Below are positions 46,561-57,674 of a DNA stretch of 64,000 bases, piece after piece. The stretch spans positions 33,912 through 97,911 of the forward strand of contig CAZDPT010000001.1 in assembly GCA_964507665.1 (NCBI GenBank), in the 5' to 3' direction. Numbering within the stretch: the first letter of the stretch is position 1; each line of letters begins with the position of its first letter. Made by a program: the position numbers and the translations under genes. Origin of the DNA: an uncultured Candidatus Saccharibacteria bacterium (GTDB taxonomy: Bacteria; Patescibacteriota; Minisyncoccia; Minisyncoccales; CAYZYK01). The notes under the pieces are model-generated. The model had not been told where the DNA came from and searched no databases. It saw only the letters and a program-made list of their open reading frames with translations.

Positions 46561-49500
46561 ATGGAAGATATTAATAAGATTACCGAAACAAAAAGTTTCT
46601 CCAAGTCCAAGGTTTCTTTTTCTTTGCCTTCTTTAACTTATCTCCAAAAAGAAGCCTGGAAAGAGTTTTGGGAAGTGAGATTAAAAGATCTTTTTTCTGA
46701 GGTTTCTCCAGTTTTAGATCATACTGGTGAAGAATTTGAACTTTCATTTTTAGATTATAAATTAGAGAAATCTAAATATGAGTCAGGACTTGAAGCTAAA
46801 TTAAATGATGCTTCTTATGAAGCTCCTCTCCGAGCAAAAGTAAAGTTGGTTAATTTAAAAACAAAAGAAATAAAAGAACAGGAGGTTTTTTTGGCTAATT
46901 TCCCTTTAATGACAGAAAAGGGAACTTTTATTATTAATGGCGTGGAAAGGGTAGTTGTTTCTCAAATTATACGTTCACCGGGTGCTTTCTTTACTACAAA
47001 TACTTATCGGGGGGAAGAGTACTTTGGAGCAAAAATTGTTCCTAATCGGGGAGCCTGGCTTGAGTTTGCAACAGAAAGTTCTGGGTTTATTGGAGTTAAA
47101 ATTAATAGAAAAAGGAAGATTGCAGCTACCACTTTGTTACGAGCTTTTGGAATTGAGAGCGATAAAAAAATTAAGGAAAAATTTAAAGAAGTAGATACAG
47201 GAGAAACTAAGTATATAGAGAAGACCCTCAAAAGAGATTCTGCTTCAAACCAGAAAGAAGCATTAATGGAAATTTATGGTAGATTAAGACCAGGTGCTTA
47301 TGTTACTCCTGATAATGCTAAAGATTTTATCTTTAATATGTTCTTTAATTTTGACAGATACGATTTAGCTAAAGTAGGAAGATGGAAAACTTGGAAAAGA
47401 TTGCCTCAGCTTTCTCCTAAGAAAAAAACAAAAGACATAAAAGAAAAAGATAGGGTATTGAAGGTAGAAGATGTAGTGGAGGTAATGAGAGAGATTATTA
47501 GGTTGGATAGTGACCCGGAGGCTGAGCCTGACCAAATTGATCATTTAGCTAATCGTAGAGTAAGGACTCCAGCTGAACTTTTACAGAATCGACTCCGAGT
47601 TGGACTGATGCGAACTATAAGGATAATAAAAGATAGAATGTCTACTATGGATGCAGCTACTCTGACTCCAATTCAACTTATAAACTCAAGACCATTTTCA
47701 GCTGTGGTAAGACAGTTTTTTTCTTCTTCTCAATTTTCTCAATTTATGGATAACGAAAATCCCTTAGCTGAACTTGAACATAAAAGAAGAATTACAGCTA
47801 CAGGTCCTGGGGGTCTTACCAGGCAGAGGGCTGGTTTTGAAGTAAGAGACGTACAACCCTCCCACTATGGAAGAATTTGTCCTATACAAACCCCAGAGGG
47901 TCCTAATGTTGGTTTGGTAAATCATCTAGCTTGTTTTGCAAGAATTAACCCCTTTGGTTTTTTAGAGACTCCTTACTTTAAAGTCAAAAAAAGTAGGGTA
48001 ACTGATGAGGTAGAATATCTTCTAGCTGATGAGGAGGAGAAATGTAATATTGCTCCAGGTTCTGTTCCTCTTGATGAAAAAGGTAACATTACAGCCGAAA
48101 AGGTAGAAGCCAGAATAAAAGGGGAACCCGGAGAGATTGAGCGATCCAAGGTAGATTATGTTGATGTTTCTTCAAAACAATTTGTAAGTGTAGCTACTTC
48201 CCTTATTCCCTTTTTACAAAATGATGATGCAGCCCGTGCTCTGATGGGTTCAAATATGCAGAGACAAGCAGTTCCTTTAGTGAACCCCGAACCCCCTTTG
48301 GTTGGAACTGGAGTTGAAAGAAATGTAGCTCAAGATTCTGGTCAGCAAATTATTGCTGAAGAATCAGGAACAATAAAAGAGGTGGATGCTCAACATATAA
48401 AAATTAAACTTAAGAATAAAAGAAAGAAAAAAGAATATAAGGTTCGTCCCTTTGTCCGAAGTAATCAATACACTTGTTTTCATCAACGAGTGAAAGCAAA
48501 GAAGGGACAAAAAGTTAAAAAAGGTGATATCTTGGTAGATGGGGCAGCTATTTCAAATGGAAGGTTAAGTCTAGGTAAAAATGTTCTGGTTGCTTTTCTT
48601 TCCTGGAGAGGAGCCAACTATGAAGATGCAATAGTTGTTTCAGAAAGATTGGTCAAGGATGATGTGTTCACTTCTATTCATCTTCAGGATTTCACTTGTG
48701 ATGTTCGGGAAACAAAATTAGGGCCCGAAGTTACCACTTCTGACATCCCTAATGTTGGAGAAGATAAATTAAAAGATTTGGATGAGGAAGGAATTGTGAG
48801 AGTAGGGGCTGAGGTTACTCCTAACGATATTTTAGTAGGTAAAATTTCTCCAAAGGGAGAGACAGAGTTAACAGCTGAAGAAAGATTATTGAGAGCTATT
48901 TTTGGGGAAAAAGCAAAAGATGTTAAAGATACCTCTTTAAGAATGGAACACGGCAAAAGAGGAAAAGTAGTTGGAATAAAAATTTTCTCTAGAGAGAAGG
49001 GTCACAAATTAGATCCTGGAGTTATTAAACGAGTAAGAGTTGAAGTTGCAGAAATAAGAAAGATAAAAGTAGGTGATAAGTTATCTGGAAGACACGGAAA
49101 TAAAGGTGTAATTTCTAAAGTTTTACCACCAGAAGAAATGCCCTTCTTGGAAGATGGCACTCCAGTTGATTTAGTTTTAAGTCCTCTTTCTGTTCCTTCT
49201 CGTATGAATATTGGACAAATTCTTGAAACCCATTTGGGATGGGCTGCTCAGAAACTGGGTTATTTAGCAATTTCTCCTGCTCTGCTTGGGGCAACAGAGG
49301 ATGATATCAAAGAAGAATTAAAGAAGGCAGGGGTTCCTGAATCAGGACAAGTAACTTTGTATGATGGTAGGACCGGAAAATCTTTTTCTCGCAAGGTGAC
49401 AGTAGGTTTTATGTATGTAATGAAATTAATTCATATGGTTGATGATAAAGCCCATGCTCGTTCAATTGGCCCTTATTCTTTAATTACTCAACAGCCCCTA

Positions 49501-49776
49501 GGAGGCAAGGCTCAATTTGGAGGTCAGAGGTTTGGGGAAATGGAAGTTTGGGCTCTGGAAGGTCATGGTGCCTCTCACAGTTTACAGGAGATGTTAACTA
49601 TTAAATCTGACGATGTTCAAGGTAGAGGTGCTCTTTATCAGTCTATATTAAAAGGGGAACCAATTAAAAATCCTAATATTCCAGCCTCTTTCAATTTAAT
49701 GGTAAATGAATTAAAAGCTTTAGGCCTCAATGTTATTTTAGAGGAGGAAAAAAACAAAAGTAAAAAAGGTAAATAA
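46561..49776 (+). CDS. rpoB: RNA polymerase beta subunit
   Basis: GTFIINGVERV, HYGRICPIQTPEG, GDKLSGRHGNKG, GGQRFGEMEVWALE. Confidence 0.99.
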   Translation: MEDINKITETKSFSKSKVSFSLPSLTYLQKEAWKEFWEVRLKDLFSEVSPVLDHTGEEFELSFLDYKLEKSKYESGLEAKLNDASYEAPLRAKVKLVNLKTKEIKEQEVFLANFPLMTEKGTFIINGVERVVVSQIIRSPGAFFTTNTYRGEEYFGAKIVPNRGAWLEFATESSGFIGVKINRKRKIAATTLLRAFGIESDKKIKEKFKEVDTGETKYIEKTLKRDSASNQKEALMEIYGRLRPGAYVTPDNAKDFIFNMFFNFDRYDLAKVGRWKTWKRLPQLSPKKKTKDIKEKDRVLKVEDVVEVMREIIRLDSDPEAEPDQIDHLANRRVRTPAELLQNRLRVGLMRTIRIIKDRMSTMDAATLTPIQLINSRPFSAVVRQFFSSSQFSQFMDNENPLAELEHKRRITATGPGGLTRQRAGFEVRDVQPSHYGRICPIQTPEGPNVGLVNHLACFARINPFGFLETPYFKVKKSRVTDEVEYLLADEEEKCNIAPGSVPLDEKGNITAEKVEARIKGEPGEIERSKVDYVDVSSKQFVSVATSLIPFLQNDDAARALMGSNMQRQAVPLVNPEPPLVGTGVERNVAQDSGQQIIAEESGTIKEVDAQHIKIKLKNKRKKKEYKVRPFVRSNQYTCFHQRVKAKKGQKVKKGDILVDGAAISNGRLSLGKNVLVAFLSWRGANYEDAIVVSERLVKDDVFTSIHLQDFTCDVRETKLGPEVTTSDIPNVGEDKLKDLDEEGIVRVGAEVTPNDILVGKISPKGETELTAEERLLRAIFGEKAKDVKDTSLRMEHGKRGKVVGIKIFSREKGHKLDPGVIKRVRVEVAEIRKIKVGDKLSGRHGNKGVISKVLPPEEMPFLEDGTPVDLVLSPLSVPSRMNIGQILETHLGWAAQKLGYLAISPALLGATEDDIKEELKKAGVPESGQVTLYDGRTGKSFSRKVTVGFMYVMKLIHMVDDKAHARSIGPYSLITQQPLGGKAQFGGQRFGEMEVWALEGHGASHSLQEMLTIKSDDVQGRGALYQSILKGEPIKNPNIPASFNLMVNELKALGLNVILEEEKNKSKKGK

Positions 49777-49802
49777 AACTTAGAAAATAAAAGAGAAAAA
49801 CT

Positions 49803-52800
49803 ATGAAAGTAGCTGACTTAAAATCATTAACAATAAAAATTACTTCTCCTGAAGAAATTTTATCTTGGAGTCATGGGGAAGTAACTGAACCCGAGACAAT
49901 TAATTATAGAACTCAAAAACCAGAAAAAGATGGTCTTTTTGATGAGAGAATCTTCGGCCCCGTAAAAGATTATGAATGTGCTTGTGGTAAGTATAAAAGA
50001 ATTCGTTACAAGGGGGTTGTTTGTGATAGATGTGGAGTTGAAGTTACAAAATCAAGGGTTAGAAGAGAAAGAATGGGGCATATTAAATTAGCTGTTCCAG
50101 TCAGCCACATTTGGTTTTTAAGAGGAATTCCTTCTAGAATGGGAATTGTTTTGAATAAATCTGGCCGTAAACTAGAGAAAGTTATTTATTTCTCATCTTA
50201 TATCATTACCGAAGTTGATAAAGAAGCTAAAAAAAGAGTTTTAAAAGAAATAAAAGCTGAGTATAAAAGGAAGAGCAAAGAAGCTGAATCCGATAAAGAA
50301 AAGAAAAAACTCAAGAAAGCCAGAAATAAGGCAAAAAAACGATTATCAGCAATTAAACCATTGAATATTTTAAGTGAGGTACTTTACCGAAAACTATCAT
50401 TGAAGTATGGAGAAGTTTTTGAAGCAGGAACTGGGGCTGAGACTGTTTATAAGATTTTTAAACAACTGGACCTTGAAAAACTAACCAAGAAGCTGAAAAA
50501 GAAATTAGAATCTACTCCTCAAAGCAGAAAAAAGAAACTCCTGAGAAGGTTAAAATTAATTGAAAAAATACAAGGGGGAAAAGTTAAACCAGAGTGGATG
50601 TTTTTGAAAATTCTGCCAGTTTTACCCCCTGATTTACGACCCATGGTTCAATTAGATGGTGGAAGATATGCTTCCTCTGACTTAAACGATCTTTATAGAA
50701 GGGTGATAAATAGAAATAATCGATTAAAGCACCTTCTTGAAATTTCAGCTCCAGAAGTGATTGTTAGAAATGAAAAAAGAATGCTCCAAGAAGCAGTGGA
50801 TGCTTTAGTTGATAATAATATGAGAAAGGGGGTAACAACTACAGCAACCACAGGACAGAGAAGATTATTAAAATCTTTAGCAGATATGCTTAAAGGCAAA
50901 CAGGGGAGATTTCGACAAAATCTTTTAGGTAAAAGGGTAGATTATTCTGGAAGGTCTGTTATTGCTGTAGGACCCGAACTTAAACTTCATCAGTGTGGTT
51001 TACCAAAAACTATGGCTCTTGAAATTTTTAAACCTTTTGTTATTAGAGAAATTTTGGATCAGGAGCTAGCTTACAATATTAAAGGAGCAACTAGACTAAT
51101 TGAAGCTCAAGGACCTGAAGTTTGGGCTATTTTAGAGGAGATAGTTAAAGAGAAGTTAGTTTTACTAAATCGAGCCCCAACTTTACATCGATTAGGAGTT
51201 CAAGCATTCCAGCCAGTTTTAATTGAGGGAGAAACTATAAAAGTTCATCCTTTAGTCTGTGAAGCTTTTAATGCTGATTTTGATGGAGACCAAATGGCGG
51301 TTTTTCTTCCTCTTTCAAATGAGGCTCAAAAAGAAGCAAAGGAGATTATGCTCTCTTCTAAAAATCTTTTAAAGCCAGCTACTGGTAAACCAATTATTGG
51401 TCCATATCATGAGATTGTATTAGGAACTTATTATTTAACTAAGCTTAAGCCCCAATCAAATCAAAATAATTCTAAAAAAGAAAAAGAGAAGAAACAAAAG
51501 GTTTTTGCAAGTTCTTCAGAGGCCATATTAAGTTATGAACATGAATATACGGAATTAAGAGAGCGTATTAAGATCCCCCAACCCAAACCATTATTAGATG
51601 AGGAAGTAAAAGAAGACAAGAAGTCTAGTTTGGAGAAGAGTAAGAAAAAAAGTAAAAAGGATTTAAGAAAGAGACTGATTAAAACTAGCCCGGGAAGACT
51701 AATTTTCAATAGTGTTTTACCTAAAGATTATCCTTTTATCAATAAAATTGTTAACTCAAAAGTTCTTAGAAATTTAATTAGTGACTTAATTGAAAAATAT
51801 CCTAAAGAGGAAGTACCTCAAATTTTAGATGATATTAAAGATATAGGTTTCGAATATTCCACTATATCTGGTATAAGTTGGGGAATGGATGATTTGGTTA
51901 TTCCCGAAGAAAAAGAAGGACTGATTGAAAAAGCTGAGAAAAAAGTAGAAGAAATTAAAGGACACTATCAAAAAGGATTGCTTACTCGAGAAGAGAAAAT
52001 TTCTCAGGAAATATTTGTCTGGCAAGGAGTTAAAACAAAGATTGAAAAATTATTGAAAGAAAAGACCTTACCAAAAGATGGGCCTGTTTTCTCTATTGTT
52101 AATTCTGGAGGTCGGGCTTCTTGGGCTCAACCTGTTCAGACAGCAGGTATGAAAGGTTTGGTAGTTAATCCCGCTGGTGAAATAATTGAATTACCTATAA
52201 AGAATTCTTTTAAGGAAGGTTTTAATGTTTTGGAATACTTTATTTCTACTCATGGAGCAAGAAAAGGAACAGCCGATACTGCTCTCCGTACTTCAACTGC
52301 TGGTTATTTAAGTAGAAGATTGATTGATGTAGCTCATGATGTAATAATTACCGAGAAGGATTGCGGAGATAAAAAAGGGATAACTGTTTTTAAAGAAGAC
52401 GCAGAAAACATTGAACAGGACTTTTCTTTTAAAATTGCAGGAAAAGTTTGCCTGGAGAAGATTAAGCAAGGCAAGAAAGTATTAGTTAAGAAAGGGGAAA
52501 TTATTAATTGGAATAAAGCTGAACTAATAAAAGAATCAAAGATTGAAAAAGTTGAGATTCGTTCTCCTTTAAGTTGTAAAGCTAAGAGGGGGATTTGTCA
52601 GAAATGTTATGGTTGGGATCTTGGAACAAATAAATTAATTAAAAAAGGAGAAGCAGTTGGAGTAGTAGCTGCTCAGTCAATTGGAGAACCCGGTACTCAA
52701 CTTACATTGAGAACCTTTCATTTAGGTGGAGTTGCAGGAAAAGTAGATATTACTCAAGGTTTACCCCGAGTAGAGGAAATTTTTGAGATAAGGGGTCCTA

Positions 52801-53483
52801 AAGGAAAAGCTTCTATGTCTAAAGTGGAAGGGAAAGTAACAAAAATTGATGCTGATAAAAGGATAGTTAAAATTAAGCCTAGTTCTAATGAATCTAAGAA
52901 ATCTAAGAAATCCAAGAAATCAAAGAAATCAAACAAGCCAATTGAGTATAAGATTCCAGTTGGAAGAGCTATCTGGGTGGAAAAAAATGAAAAAGTTACT
53001 CCAGGACAACCTTTATGTGAAGGAAGTTTAGATTTAGAGAAACTTTTCGGAGTAACCGATAAAGTTCATACCCAACGTTATATCCTTAACGAAATTCAAA
53101 AAATATATGTTTCCCAAGGAGTAGATATTCATGACAAGCATATTGAAGTAATAGTACGCAAGATGTTTTCTCGATTAGAAATTACAGATGGTGGAGATAG
53201 CCCCTGGATTAGAGGGGAAATAGTTGAAAAGCCGGTATTTAAGAAAGAAGTTCAGAATTTAAAGAAACAAAAAAAGATTCCCCCGAAAGCAAAACAAATA
53301 ATACTTGGCATCTCTAAAGTAGCTCTCACTTCAGATAGTGTGCTTTCGGCTGCTTCGTTTCAACAAACAGCAAGAGTTTTAATTGAAGCAGCACTAGCAG
53401 GTAAAAAAGATACCCTCAAAGGACTTAAAGAAAATGTAATTATAGGTAAACTTATTCCGGTTGGTACAGGTTTTAGGAAATAA
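49803..53483 (+). CDS. rpoC: RNA polymerase beta' subunit
   Basis: NADFDGD, GKRVDYSGRSVI, GEPGTQLT. Confidence 0.99.
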   Translation: MKVADLKSLTIKITSPEEILSWSHGEVTEPETINYRTQKPEKDGLFDERIFGPVKDYECACGKYKRIRYKGVVCDRCGVEVTKSRVRRERMGHIKLAVPVSHIWFLRGIPSRMGIVLNKSGRKLEKVIYFSSYIITEVDKEAKKRVLKEIKAEYKRKSKEAESDKEKKKLKKARNKAKKRLSAIKPLNILSEVLYRKLSLKYGEVFEAGTGAETVYKIFKQLDLEKLTKKLKKKLESTPQSRKKKLLRRLKLIEKIQGGKVKPEWMFLKILPVLPPDLRPMVQLDGGRYASSDLNDLYRRVINRNNRLKHLLEISAPEVIVRNEKRMLQEAVDALVDNNMRKGVTTTATTGQRRLLKSLADMLKGKQGRFRQNLLGKRVDYSGRSVIAVGPELKLHQCGLPKTMALEIFKPFVIREILDQELAYNIKGATRLIEAQGPEVWAILEEIVKEKLVLLNRAPTLHRLGVQAFQPVLIEGETIKVHPLVCEAFNADFDGDQMAVFLPLSNEAQKEAKEIMLSSKNLLKPATGKPIIGPYHEIVLGTYYLTKLKPQSNQNNSKKEKEKKQKVFASSSEAILSYEHEYTELRERIKIPQPKPLLDEEVKEDKKSSLEKSKKKSKKDLRKRLIKTSPGRLIFNSVLPKDYPFINKIVNSKVLRNLISDLIEKYPKEEVPQILDDIKDIGFEYSTISGISWGMDDLVIPEEKEGLIEKAEKKVEEIKGHYQKGLLTREEKISQEIFVWQGVKTKIEKLLKEKTLPKDGPVFSIVNSGGRASWAQPVQTAGMKGLVVNPAGEIIELPIKNSFKEGFNVLEYFISTHGARKGTADTALRTSTAGYLSRRLIDVAHDVIITEKDCGDKKGITVFKEDAENIEQDFSFKIAGKVCLEKIKQGKKVLVKKGEIINWNKAELIKESKIEKVEIRSPLSCKAKRGICQKCYGWDLGTNKLIKKGEAVGVVAAQSIGEPGTQLTLRTFHLGGVAGKVDITQGLPRVEEIFEIRGPKGKASMSKVEGKVTKIDADKRIVKIKPSSNESKKSKKSKKSKKSNKPIEYKIPVGRAIWVEKNEKVTPGQPLCEGSLDLEKLFGVTDKVHTQRYILNEIQKIYVSQGVDIHDKHIEVIVRKMFSRLEITDGGDSPWIRGEIVEKPVFKKEVQNLKKQKKIPPKAKQIILGISKVALTSDSVLSAASFQQTARVLIEAALAGKKDTLKGLKENVIIGKLIPVGTGFRK

Positions 53484-53542
53484 TAAAATTTGTTAAAATA
53501 GAATATGGGAATAAATTGCTTTAGGTGTTAATTTTTATTTAA

Positions 53543-55663
53543 ATGGCAAAAAAGAAAAAGAAAAAAAGTTCCAGAAAGAAGAAATCTAAAGAGTCGGTCT
53601 TGAAGTTTACCACTAAACAAAAAATAAAGGCCTTAGGAATGTTTGTGGTGGCTTTAATTTTTATCGCCTCTTTGTTTGAACTAGCAGGCCCTGCAGGAGA
53701 AGCTATCAGAAACGGATTTAATTATTTGATTGGAAAGGCAGTCTTTATTATCCCTCTCTTTTTCATTATTACAGGTCTAATTTTTCTGAAACCAAAATAT
53801 AAAGGAAAACTTCTCCCGTTACTTTTGGGAGTTTTTGTTTTGATTATAGGAATGTCGGGTATTTTGGGAGCATTTGATATAACAAAGAATGAAGTAACCA
53901 GTTGGATTTATACGGGCAAAGGGGGAATTTTAGGAAATGTTTTGGCTCTACCTTTAATTAATTACTTCGGAATTCTTGTGGCAAATGTTATTTTAGGAGC
54001 GGTAATTATAGGTGGATTAGTCATATTTTTTCAGTTTATAGAAAAAGAAATAATTGAAAAAGAGAAAACTTCTCAAGTAACAAAGAAATTAAAAAAAGCT
54101 GTTTCTTCTGCTAATAGAATAAAAGAAGCAGTTAAGAAAAAAGAGAAATCAAAAGAAACTCAACCTAGAATTTCAAGATTTAAAGAAAAAATTAAATTAA
54201 AAGGAAAAGAAACAACCGCTAAGAAAGGAAAATATGTAGTTCCTCCTTTAAAACTTCTTACTGAAGAGAAGGGCAGGCCTACTAGTGGAGATATTAAGAA
54301 AAACTCTAAGATAATTAAAAAAACCCTAGATAATTTTGGGATTTCAGTTGAGATGGCAGAGGCGAATATAGGACCTACTGTTACCCAGTATACTTTTAAA
54401 CCCGCAGAAGGAATAAAATTATCAAAAATAACAACTCTGTCGAGAAATCTTTCTTTGGCTCTAGCAGCTCACCCTATTCGTATTGAAGCTCCTATTCCAG
54501 GAAGATCTTTGGTCGGAGTTGAAGTTCCTAATAAAAAGAGAGCCCAAGTACGCCTCCGTAATCTTATTGGCAACAGTGCATTTCAGGATTCTTCTATTCC
54601 ATTACTTTTTTGTTTAGGAAGGGGAGTTTCGGGTTCTCCCATGTATGCTAACCTTGGAAAAATGCCTCATCTTTTAGTTGCTGGAGCTACTGGAAGTGGT
54701 AAGACTGTCTTTCTTAACGGATTGGTACTCAGCCTTTTATATCGAAATTCTCCTCGTGATTTAAACTTTATCTTGGTTGATCCAAAGAGAGTGGAATTTC
54801 AGAGTTACAACCATTTTTCTCATCTTTTAACTCCGGTGATTACTAACGTTGATACAGCTATAAATGCTCTTCAGTGGTTAGTTAAAGAAATGGAAAGAAG
54901 GTTTGAAGTTTTCTCTACTGTTCCTACCCGTAATATTTCAACTTACAATAGCTTGAAATCTGTTAAGTCTTCGGGAAAGCAAATTCCTTATATCGTAGTT
55001 ATTATTGATGAATTAGCAGATTTTATGGCTTCTAAAGGAAAAGAAATGGAAGGTGCAATTGTAAGATTGGCTCAAATGGCAAGAGCAACAGGTATCCATT
55101 TGGTGGTAGCCACCCAGAGGCCGTCAGTTGAAGTAATTACAGGCCTCATTAAAGCTAATATAACGTCTAGAGTTACTTTCCAGGTAGCTTCTCAAGTTGA
55201 TTCCCGGACAGTTTTGGATATGGCAGGGGCAGAGAATCTTTTAGGTGATGGGGATATGCTTTATATCTCCTCACAAATGGGTAAACCAAAGAGAGTCCAA
55301 GGAGTTTATGTTTCAGAAAAAGAAGTTAAAAAGGTTACTAAGTTTATTAAAAATGAAAAGAAGGCTCCTTCTCCACCATCAAAGCTTTCAGAAAGTATAG
55401 AGGGGTATCTTGAAAAACAAAAACAAAAACCCCAAACTTTTGAAGTAGGAGAAGATGAATTATATGAAGATGCAAAAAAATTAGTCATTGAAGCTGATAA
55501 AGGTTCAGCTAGTTTACTTCAGCGAAGATTAAGAATAGGCTATGCTAGAGCAGCAAGATTACTTGATATGCTTCAAGAAAAAGGAATAGTAGGACCACCA
55601 AGAGGCTCAAAACCCAGAAAAGTTATTGCAGAAGAAGAGGATGATTCAGAAATTGATTTTTAG
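53543..55663 (+). CDS. ftsK: DNA translocase FtsK
   Basis: N-terminal TMs, IRIEAPIPG, PHLLVAGATGSGKT, gamma domain LQRRLRIGYARAAR. Confidence 0.96.
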   Translation: MAKKKKKKSSRKKKSKESVLKFTTKQKIKALGMFVVALIFIASLFELAGPAGEAIRNGFNYLIGKAVFIIPLFFIITGLIFLKPKYKGKLLPLLLGVFVLIIGMSGILGAFDITKNEVTSWIYTGKGGILGNVLALPLINYFGILVANVILGAVIIGGLVIFFQFIEKEIIEKEKTSQVTKKLKKAVSSANRIKEAVKKKEKSKETQPRISRFKEKIKLKGKETTAKKGKYVVPPLKLLTEEKGRPTSGDIKKNSKIIKKTLDNFGISVEMAEANIGPTVTQYTFKPAEGIKLSKITTLSRNLSLALAAHPIRIEAPIPGRSLVGVEVPNKKRAQVRLRNLIGNSAFQDSSIPLLFCLGRGVSGSPMYANLGKMPHLLVAGATGSGKTVFLNGLVLSLLYRNSPRDLNFILVDPKRVEFQSYNHFSHLLTPVITNVDTAINALQWLVKEMERRFEVFSTVPTRNISTYNSLKSVKSSGKQIPYIVVIIDELADFMASKGKEMEGAIVRLAQMARATGIHLVVATQRPSVEVITGLIKANITSRVTFQVASQVDSRTVLDMAGAENLLGDGDMLYISSQMGKPKRVQGVYVSEKEVKKVTKFIKNEKKAPSPPSKLSESIEGYLEKQKQKPQTFEVGEDELYEDAKKLVIEADKGSASLLQRRLRIGYARAARLLDMLQEKGIVGPPRGSKPRKVIAEEEDDSEIDF

Positions 55664-55746
55664 ATTTGTCCTATAAAAAGAGCTTTAAAAATCAACTAAA
55701 ATAGTTTATAATTTAATATTACAAAAGTTAAAAATTATTATTCTAA

Positions 55747-56802
55747 ATGTCAAAGAAGAAGAACAAAAATAATAAAAAATCTGGAGAAGAGAAAGCAAAA
55801 AAGAAAAAAACTAAAAAAGAGAAAGAATTAGAAGAGGCTTTGGATGGAATAAAGCATAAATTTGGTGAAGGAGCAGTAATGAAACTAAAAGAAATCAGTC
55901 CTGTTGATGTTGATTCTATTTCGACAGGTTCCATTTCAATGGATTTAGCTTTGGGTGTGGGGGGAGTTCCTCGAGGCAGAGTAATTGAAGTTTTCGGCCC
56001 TGAAGCAAGTGGTAAAACCACCTTAGCCCTCCATATTTTAGCAGAAGCCCAAGAAAAAGAAGGAATAGCAGCTTTTATCGATGCAGAGAATGCTTTAGAT
56101 CCTGATTATGCTAAGAAGATTGGAGTGAATGTTGATGACCTTTTAATTTCTCAGCCTGATTCTGGAGAACAAGCTCTTCAAATTGTTGAAACTTTGGTTA
56201 GGTCCGGAACATTGGATGTTATTGTGGTAGATTCTGTTGCTGCCTTAACTCCGAAAGCAGAGATTGAAGGGGAAATAGGGGATCAACATATTGGACTTCA
56301 AGCTCGAATGATGAGTCAAGCTTTAAGGATGCTTTCTAAAGTTATTTCAGATACAAAAACTACGGTTTTGTTTTTGAATCAGACCAGAATGAAAATAGGA
56401 GTAAGATTTGGTAATCCAGAGACAACTCCTGGGGGTTTGGCCTTAAAATTTTATTCTTCGGTAAGAATTAATCTTAGGAGAAGAGCTCAAATTAAACATA
56501 AAGATGAAATTATAGGAAATAGAGTTAAGGCTAAAATTGTAAAGAATAAAGTAGCCCCACCTTTTAAAACTGCAGAATTTGATATTTATTACAACGAAGG
56601 AATCTCCAGAACTGGGGATATTCTCCGAGCAGGATTAAAGACTGGATTGATCGAGCAATCAGGAAGTTGGTACAGTTTCGGTGATGAAAAACTTGGCCAG
56701 GGAATGAGTGCTGCTAAGAAATTCCTAAAGGAAAATTCAAAACTAGCCCAAGAAATAAAAGAGAAGGTATTGAAAGGAACCGAAGAAAAAGATGAGGACT
56801 GA
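55747..56802 (+). CDS. recA: Recombinase RecA
   Basis: [30 protein letters not shown]. Confidence 0.98.
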   Translation: MSKKKNKNNKKSGEEKAKKKKTKKEKELEEALDGIKHKFGEGAVMKLKEISPVDVDSISTGSISMDLALGVGGVPRGRVIEVFGPEASGKTTLALHILAEAQEKEGIAAFIDAENALDPDYAKKIGVNVDDLLISQPDSGEQALQIVETLVRSGTLDVIVVDSVAALTPKAEIEGEIGDQHIGLQARMMSQALRMLSKVISDTKTTVLFLNQTRMKIGVRFGNPETTPGGLALKFYSSVRINLRRRAQIKHKDEIIGNRVKAKIVKNKVAPPFKTAEFDIYYNEGISRTGDILRAGLKTGLIEQSGSWYSFGDEKLGQGMSAAKKFLKENSKLAQEIKEKVLKGTEEKDED

Positions 56803-56829
56803 ATAAAAAAGAATTTAATTAAAAGAAAT

Positions 56830-56864
56830 AAAAAAACAACCTTTTTAGAAGGGTTGTTTTTTAT
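56830..56864. terminator. Bidirectional terminator (recA / rpsR)
   Basis: AAAAAACAACC...GGTTGTTTTTT. Confidence 0.75.
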
Positions 56865-56887
56865 TAAAGAAAATTTAATTATTTTCT

Positions 56888-57082
56888 TTAAGGAGTATAA
56901 GGCAATAAACCCAGTTGTCTTGATTTCTTTATAGCTCGGGAAACTTCTCTTTGATGGTGAGCACAAAGACCTGTTTTTCTTCTGTTTTTGATCTTATAAA
57001 GATCATCAATAAATTTACGGAGTAACTCCGTATTTTTGAAGTCAATCTCTCTTTTATTTTTTTGGCAGAAATAACAAATCAT
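56888..57082 (-). CDS. rpsR: 30S ribosomal protein S18 (Zn-binding type)
   Basis: CYFC, IDFKN, TGLCAHHQR, LGLLPY. Confidence 0.93.
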   Translation of the reverse strand: MICYFCQKNKREIDFKNTELLRKFIDDLYKIKNRRKTGLCAHHQREVSRAIKKSRQLGLLPYTP

Positions 57083-57134
57083 AATAAATCAATTAAAAAA
57101 TTTAGATTAGATTGTTTTTTATTTTAATTATTTA

Positions 57135-57674
57135 TCAAAAGGGTATGTCTTCTATATCAATCTCCTCTTCCTTATTAGAATCTTTTTCTTTTGAGGTTTT
57201 TTTACTTGATTGTTTCTCTTTGTTCTCTGGTTTTGAATTGTTTCCCTTATTTTTAGCAGAGGAATCAGAATCTTCTTCAATCACTGGAATATCTTGGTTG
57301 AATTTTTGTTGTGGTTTTTGATTTTGAGAAGAAGGTGCAGTTCCCCAAGATTTAGGTGGAAGTTGAATGTTGCGAGCTATAACTTCTGTTCGGTAGCGAG
57401 TAGAACCAGAGGAATCCTCCCACGATCTTGTTCTTAATCTACCTTCTATTAAAGTTAAAGAGCCCTTTTTAAGATAACGTGAACTAATATCTGCTAATCT
57501 ACCGAAAGCAACAATATTATGGAATTGAGTATTTTGTTGCTTTTCTCCTGAACTGTCAGTATAGAAGCGATTAGTAGCCATTCCAAAATTAACTACCGAT
57601 TTTCCACTTGGTAAAGCTTTAACTTCTGGGTCTCTGGTTAGATTACCCAAGAGAAATACTTTATTTAAATTCAT
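57135..57674 (-). CDS. ssb: Single-stranded DNA-binding protein
   Basis: LNKVFLLGNLTRDPE, IEGRLRTRSW, C-terminal DIPF. Confidence 0.97.
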   Translation of the reverse strand: MNLNKVFLLGNLTRDPEVKALPSGKSVVNFGMATNRFYTDSSGEKQQNTQFHNIVAFGRLADISSRYLKKGSLTLIEGRLRTRSWEDSSGSTRYRTEVIARNIQLPPKSWGTAPSSQNQKPQQKFNQDIPVIEEDSDSSAKNKGNNSKPENKEKQSSKKTSKEKDSNKEEEIDIEDIPF

